DNA of 52,054 nt, taken from assembly GCA_020725385.1 (NCBI GenBank), contig DYFC01000008.1, positions 1 through 52,054 of the forward strand, given 5' to 3'. Below the pieces are notes generated by a model. That model worked only from the letters and a program-made list of their open reading frames with translations, was not told the DNA's origin and did no database searches. A program made the position numbers and the translations under genes. This document shows, piece by piece, positions 47,833-52,054 of the stretch. The first letter of the stretch is position 1. The number at the start of each line of letters is the position of its first letter. This stretch comes from Nitrospira japonica. Lineage in GTDB: Bacteria > Nitrospirota > Thermodesulfovibrionia > Thermodesulfovibrionales > SM23-35.

Positions 47833-49643
47833 CATCTTCGCAGAAAAACGATTCCGAAAAATTTGGCTTTATCGGCTATTTAATAATTGCAATATTTATC
47901 CTTCTGGCACTTAGATTATGGCAGTTGCAAATACTTCAGGGAAAGGAATACAGAAGACTTTCCGAAGCAAATCGTTTAAGAATAGTAAACATACCGGCGC
48001 CAAGAGGCATTATCTTTGATAGGAATGAAATTCCTTTAGTTAAAAATTCACCTTATTTTTTTGCCTCGGTAATTCCTGATGAGTTTGATGAAACAAAAAC
48101 ACATTTATTTTCAAAAATACTTAATATCCCGGAAGAAGAAATTCTTGAAAAAGTAAAAAAATCGAGGAACAGTCCGTTTATTCCCGTTAAATTAAAATAC
48201 GGGATAAATTTCAATGAAATCGCATTTCTTGAAGCAAGAAAATCAGATCTTCCTGGGCTTATAATCGAAGTCGAGATAAGTAGAAATTACATCCATAATG
48301 ATTCAGCCTCACATATTATAGGCTATCTTGGCAGGCTTACTCCTACACAAATAAAAGACCCTGCATATAAGGATATTCCTGCCGATATATTCATCGGGCA
48401 GTGGGGTGTCGAAAAAATGTTCGACAACAAATTAAGGGGCTCTCCCGGGAAAAGAATAATTGAAGTAAATGCACTCGGGAAAGAAATCAGACTATTACAG
48501 GAAACCTCGCCTGTCAAAGGTGAAGACATTACTTTGAGCATTGATATAAATTTTCAGAAAGCTGCAGAAAAGGCCTTTGGAGAAAAAGTCGGAGCATTAG
48601 TTGCATTAAAACCTGATACAGGAGAGATTCTCAGCCTTGTTAGCAATCCACGTTTTGATCCCAATCTTTTTACAAAAGGGATGACTTCAGAACAATGGCT
48701 CGCTATCTCGAACGATAAAAGAAATCCACTGTTAAACAGAACAATTCAAAGTCAGTATCCACCCGGTTCAATATTTAAAATAGTAACTGCGGTAGCAGGG
48801 CTCGAGGAAAGATTAATTTCACCTGACTTAAAAATAGATTGTAGAGGTGAGATTAAATACGGATCGCAAAAATTTGGTTGCTGGAAAAATGGAGGTCATG
48901 GAAATGTAAATCTCCACAGGGCAATAGTTGAATCATGCGATGTATATTTTTATGAAGTCGGCAGGCGTCTTGGTATTGACAGACTTGCCAGTTATGCAAA
49001 AAACTTCGGTCTCGGTGAAAAAACAGGGATTGAACTTGCCAAAGAAAAATCTGGAGTTATTCCCGATACTCAGTGGAAACTTAAAAATAAAAAACAATCA
49101 TGGTATCTCGGAGATACATTTAATGCAGCTATCGGTCAGGGATATGTTGCTTTGACACCTCTACAAGCAGCAACAATGATTAATACTTTTGCAAACGGTG
49201 GCATTTTATACAAACCAACTCTAATCAAAGATGTTCAACCAATTGCACTTGGAAAAATCAATATGGATAAAGAGACTTTCAATATCGTAAAAAGCGGCCT
49301 TTTTGGTGTTGTGAATGGGCCCGGAGGTACAGGGGCAAGCGCAAGGTCTTATTATAAAATTGCTGGCAAAACAGGGACAGCCCAGGTTATTGCAAACAGA
49401 AGCAGACTTAAATACTTACCAGAAAAATACCAGGACCATGCATGGTTTGTTGCTTTTGCACCGGTTGAAAAACCCGAGATTTCTCTTTCAGTACTCGTTG
49501 AACACGGAGGACATGGAGGAGGAGCAGCAGCACCAATAGCAAAAACAGTTATAGAAGAGTATATGAGAATAATCCATCCACCATCTGTAACTAAAAATGA
49601 AGAAATTATATCCGGAGAGGAAAATTCTCAGATAGCACAATAA
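47829..49643 (+). CDS. mrdA: Penicillin-binding protein 2 (class B transpeptidase)
   Basis: PAPRGIIFDRN, active-site SIFK (SxxK), SCD, KTGTAQ, DHAWF, EHGGHG. Confidence 0.95.
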   Translation: MTSSQKNDSEKFGFIGYLIIAIFILLALRLWQLQILQGKEYRRLSEANRLRIVNIPAPRGIIFDRNEIPLVKNSPYFFASVIPDEFDETKTHLFSKILNIPEEEILEKVKKSRNSPFIPVKLKYGINFNEIAFLEARKSDLPGLIIEVEISRNYIHNDSASHIIGYLGRLTPTQIKDPAYKDIPADIFIGQWGVEKMFDNKLRGSPGKRIIEVNALGKEIRLLQETSPVKGEDITLSIDINFQKAAEKAFGEKVGALVALKPDTGEILSLVSNPRFDPNLFTKGMTSEQWLAISNDKRNPLLNRTIQSQYPPGSIFKIVTAVAGLEERLISPDLKIDCRGEIKYGSQKFGCWKNGGHGNVNLHRAIVESCDVYFYEVGRRLGIDRLASYAKNFGLGEKTGIELAKEKSGVIPDTQWKLKNKKQSWYLGDTFNAAIGQGYVALTPLQAATMINTFANGGILYKPTLIKDVQPIALGKINMDKETFNIVKSGLFGVVNGPGGTGASARSYYKIAGKTGTAQVIANRSRLKYLPEKYQDHAWFVAFAPVEKPEISLSVLVEHGGHGGGAAAPIAKTVIEEYMRIIHPPSVTKNEEIISGEENSQIAQ

Positions 49644-49714
49644 CGTAGAAAAATTGATTCAACAATACATTCTTCATGTTAACTTAAACCTTGTTTTGTA
49701 AGATTAAGGTAAAT

Positions 49715-49720
49715 TATAAT
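49715..49720 (+). promoter_or_regulatory. -10 element giving a probable leaderless cysteine synthase mRNA
   Basis: TATAAT 5 nt before ATG 49726; TTGTTT 18 nt upstream; no SD at normal spacing. Confidence 0.45.
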
Positions 49721-49725
49721 TAAAA

Positions 49726-50631
49726 ATGGGCATCTTAAAATGTATTGGCAATACACCTTTAACCGAGATAGATTTAAACCCGAATCCAAACGTCAAGCTT
49801 CTTGCTAAGCTCGAAGGGAATAACCCCGGAGGTTCGGTAAAGGATAGAATCGCCCTTTATATGATTGAATCCGCAGAAAAACAGGGGATATTAACAAAAG
49901 ATAAAATTATTCTTGAGGCTACTTCAGGAAATACGGGCATAGGACTTGCGATGGTTGCCTCTGCAAAAAAATACAGGGTAAAATTGACAATGCCTGCCTG
50001 CGTTAGTGTTGAGAGAAGAAGAATACTTGAGGCATTTGGAGCAGAGCTTATTCTTACACCATCAAGTGAAGGAACAGATGGTGCAATCAGGCTTGCTCAT
50101 AAAATACTCGAAGAAGAACCGCAGAGATACTTTATGCCAAACCAATTTGATAATGAAGCAAATTTTATTGCTCATTATGAGACTACAGGGAAAGAAATCA
50201 TTGAACAGACCGGTGGCAAAGTAACACATTTTGTTGCAGGCATGGGGACAACAGGTACCTTAATGGGTGTCAGCATGAGATTAAAAGAATTCAATAAAGA
50301 TATTAAAATTATAGGCGTTGAGCCTGTAAAAAACCACCGAATTCAGGGGCTTAAAAATATGACCGAGTCTATTAAACCAAAGATATTCAATCCGTCCAGG
50401 CTCGATGAACATTATTTTGTAAATGATGATGAAGCATTTGACACAACAAGAATGCTGGCAATAAAAGAAGGTTTATTTGTTGGTATGTCAAGTGGAGCAG
50501 CTATGCATATAGCTCTGAGAATATCCAGTGAATTAAAAACCGGCGTAATTGTTGTACTTCTTCCTGACAGAGGAGACCGGTATCTTTCTACATCACTCTT
50601 TACTTCTGTTTGTGCAAAATGTCCGCCATAA
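49726..50631 (+). CDS. cysM: PLP-dependent cysteine synthase (CysM/CysK family)
   Basis: IGNTPL, NPGGSVKDR (PLP Lys), TSGNTG, GTTGT, GMSSGA, DRGDRYLS; C-terminal CAKCPP. CysM versus CysK is tentative. Confidence 0.85.
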   Translation: MGILKCIGNTPLTEIDLNPNPNVKLLAKLEGNNPGGSVKDRIALYMIESAEKQGILTKDKIILEATSGNTGIGLAMVASAKKYRVKLTMPACVSVERRRILEAFGAELILTPSSEGTDGAIRLAHKILEEEPQRYFMPNQFDNEANFIAHYETTGKEIIEQTGGKVTHFVAGMGTTGTLMGVSMRLKEFNKDIKIIGVEPVKNHRIQGLKNMTESIKPKIFNPSRLDEHYFVNDDEAFDTTRMLAIKEGLFVGMSSGAAMHIALRISSELKTGVIVVLLPDRGDRYLSTSLFTSVCAKCPP

Positions 50632-50634
50632 ATA

Positions 50635-51756
50635 ATGTTTAATATTGATCGCCGGCTCTTAAAAAATTTTGACATCATTATACTTGCAACTGTATTAATT
50701 ATCTCCCTAATCGGCATAATGACAATTTACAGCGCTACAAGGCCGATAGGAGATGAAGCACAGCCGGCTTTTTACATTAAACAGGGGACATGGCTTGCAC
50801 TTGGAATCGCTGTCATGTTCCTGTCTGTAACTTTTGACTACATATGGCTCGGCAGATTATCCTTTGCATTGTACATTTTTGGCGTCGCTCTTCTTGTCAT
50901 TGTTTTTATTGCCGGCAGAATCGGATTAGGTGCCCAGAGATGGCTAAGCATAGGACCGCTATCTTTTCAGCCATCAGAATTCTTTAAGCTTTTCTACATA
51001 ATATACTTATCTTTTAAATTTAGTACAATAAGAGGACAACTCGATGCAGTATTACTTTTTAAATTATTTTTCACCACTACTTTTTTCCCTTTTCTGCTAT
51101 TAATTGAACAACCTGATCTTGGAACAGCAATTATAATAACAACTTTATTTTTTTTGATTGCCATAGCAAAAGGTATTCAGCGTAAGATAGCAATACTTTT
51201 AATAATCATAACCCTTATTTCAATGCCATTTCTTGGAAATATTTTCTGGGGAGGATTAAAAGAATACCAAAAAAGCAGATTGATTGCTTTTATGTATCCT
51301 GAATCAACACATTCAACAATTGGTTATCAAATAAATCAATCAAAAATTACAGTTGGTTCCGGAGAGATTTTCGGGAAAGGATATATTCACGGGACACAGG
51401 GACCTTTTAGATTTTTACCTGAAAAACATACGGATTTTATTTTTGCAATCTTTGCTGAGGAATGGGGTTTCACGGGATCCTTCATCCTCTTTTTTCTCTA
51501 CTTTGTTTTTCTAATGCGGGGTCTGGAAACAGCACTTAAAGCAAGGGAAGATTTTGGGAAACTGCTTGCTCTTGGAATTACATTTATGTTTCTAATTTAT
51601 TTTACAATAAACGTCGGCATGACTCTTGGTTTGATGCCTGTTGTTGGTATTCCACTTCCTTTTATGAGCTACGGGGGCACAGCGCTTCTTTCCAATCTTA
51701 TTGCTGTTGGAATATTAATAAACATAAAAAGCCGGAGATTTGAACTCTTCCATTAA
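50635..51756 (+). CDS. rodA: Peptidoglycan glycosyltransferase RodA (SEDS)
   Basis: GAQRWL, QPSEF, QPDLGT, LPEKHTDFIF, GIPLPFMSYGG. Confidence 0.95.
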   Translation: MFNIDRRLLKNFDIIILATVLIISLIGIMTIYSATRPIGDEAQPAFYIKQGTWLALGIAVMFLSVTFDYIWLGRLSFALYIFGVALLVIVFIAGRIGLGAQRWLSIGPLSFQPSEFFKLFYIIYLSFKFSTIRGQLDAVLLFKLFFTTTFFPFLLLIEQPDLGTAIIITTLFFLIAIAKGIQRKIAILLIIITLISMPFLGNIFWGGLKEYQKSRLIAFMYPESTHSTIGYQINQSKITVGSGEIFGKGYIHGTQGPFRFLPEKHTDFIFAIFAEEWGFTGSFILFFLYFVFLMRGLETALKAREDFGKLLALGITFMFLIYFTINVGMTLGLMPVVGIPLPFMSYGGTALLSNLIAVGILINIKSRRFELFH

Positions 51757-51768
51757 AATTCTGTTTTT

Positions 51769-51777
51769 TGTTATAAT
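51769..51777 (+). promoter_or_regulatory. Possible extended -10 promoter for the tRNA
   Basis: TGTTATAAT 12 nt after the rodA stop and about 90 nt upstream of the tRNA. Confidence 0.4.
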
Positions 51778-51868
51778 TTGATTTTAAATTTATTTTACGG
51801 GTCATCAATCTGCTTTTTCTTAAGTATTTTTTACTATACAATAGCATTCAATGCAATTCACTATTGAT

Positions 51869-51945
51869 GGCGGCGTAGCTCAGTCGGTTAGAGCATGCGG
51901 CTCATATCCGCAGTGTCCGGGGTTCAAATCCCTGCACCGCCACCA
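51869..51945 (+). tRNA. tRNA-Met (CAT), elongator type
   Basis: 77-nt cloverleaf GGCGGCG..TAGCTCAG; anticodon arm TGCGG-CTCATAT-CCGCA; T loop TTCAAAT; encoded CCA. G1-C72 is paired and the three consecutive G-C anticodon-stem pairs of initiators are absent. Confidence 0.93.
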
Positions 51946-51972
51946 CTTATTATTTTTTGGAGGATGGGCCTT

Positions 51973-52054
51973 ATGAAAAAGTTGTTGACCTGGGTTGTAG
52001 GGGGAGCCTTTCTTTTGAGCCTGCCTGCCATGGGGCTGGCCCAGAAGGAAGAGA
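51973..52054 (+). CDS. 5' fragment of a secreted protein (signal peptide), truncated by the window end
   Basis: GGAGGA SD, then MKKLLTWVVGGAFLLSLPAMGLAQKEE, a Sec signal peptide with a GLA-Q cleavage site. Confidence 0.7.
   Translation, partial: MKKLLTWVVGGAFLLSLPAMGLAQKEE

Noticed and set aside
51869-51945. Initiator tRNA-fMet or tRNA-Ile2 identity for the CAT tRNA
   Set aside because: The 1-72 pair is intact and there is no GGG/CCC anticodon stem, so it is not an initiator. The overall sequence fits elongator Met better than Ile2, although a tRNAscan-SE isotype model would be decisive.

Overview
AT-rich bacterial chromosomal window, mostly housekeeping genes, running from the 5' end of a 16S rRNA gene (minus strand) to a tRNA-Met(CAT). 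The centrepiece is a minus-strand dissimilatory sulfur locus, adk-sat-aprB-aprA-qmoA-qmoB-qmoC-hppA-(YkgJ-family Cys-cluster gene) at 29760-42598. It joins sulfate activation/APS reduction to AMP recycling (Adk) and a K+-independent H+-pumping pyrophosphatase. Gene content is compatible with a Thermodesulfovibrionia/Nitrospirota-like sulfur-cycling organism, but this is inference only. Other blocks are a TetR-led operon encoding both an RND pump and a MacAB-type ABC pump around one TolC; a GC-richer OmpA-family gene with a long structured leader; an acyP-recN-Fd-ROK-lepB-rib-nusB-uppS-cdsA-dxr-rseP-rfaE2 run; an atypical kinase/USP pair; and mreBCD-mrdA-rodA interrupted by a cysteine synthase. 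The most novel-looking signals are non-coding: (i) matching 'extra SD + GTG mini-ORF containing FTF' leaders in front of both aprB and hppA, (ii) a ~145-nt nested-stem RNA candidate upstream of the OmpA gene, (iii) a double TetR operator built across its own start codon, and (iv) an abrupt GC jump right after the tRNA. All calls come from reading motifs by eye; no database searches or folding programs were run.
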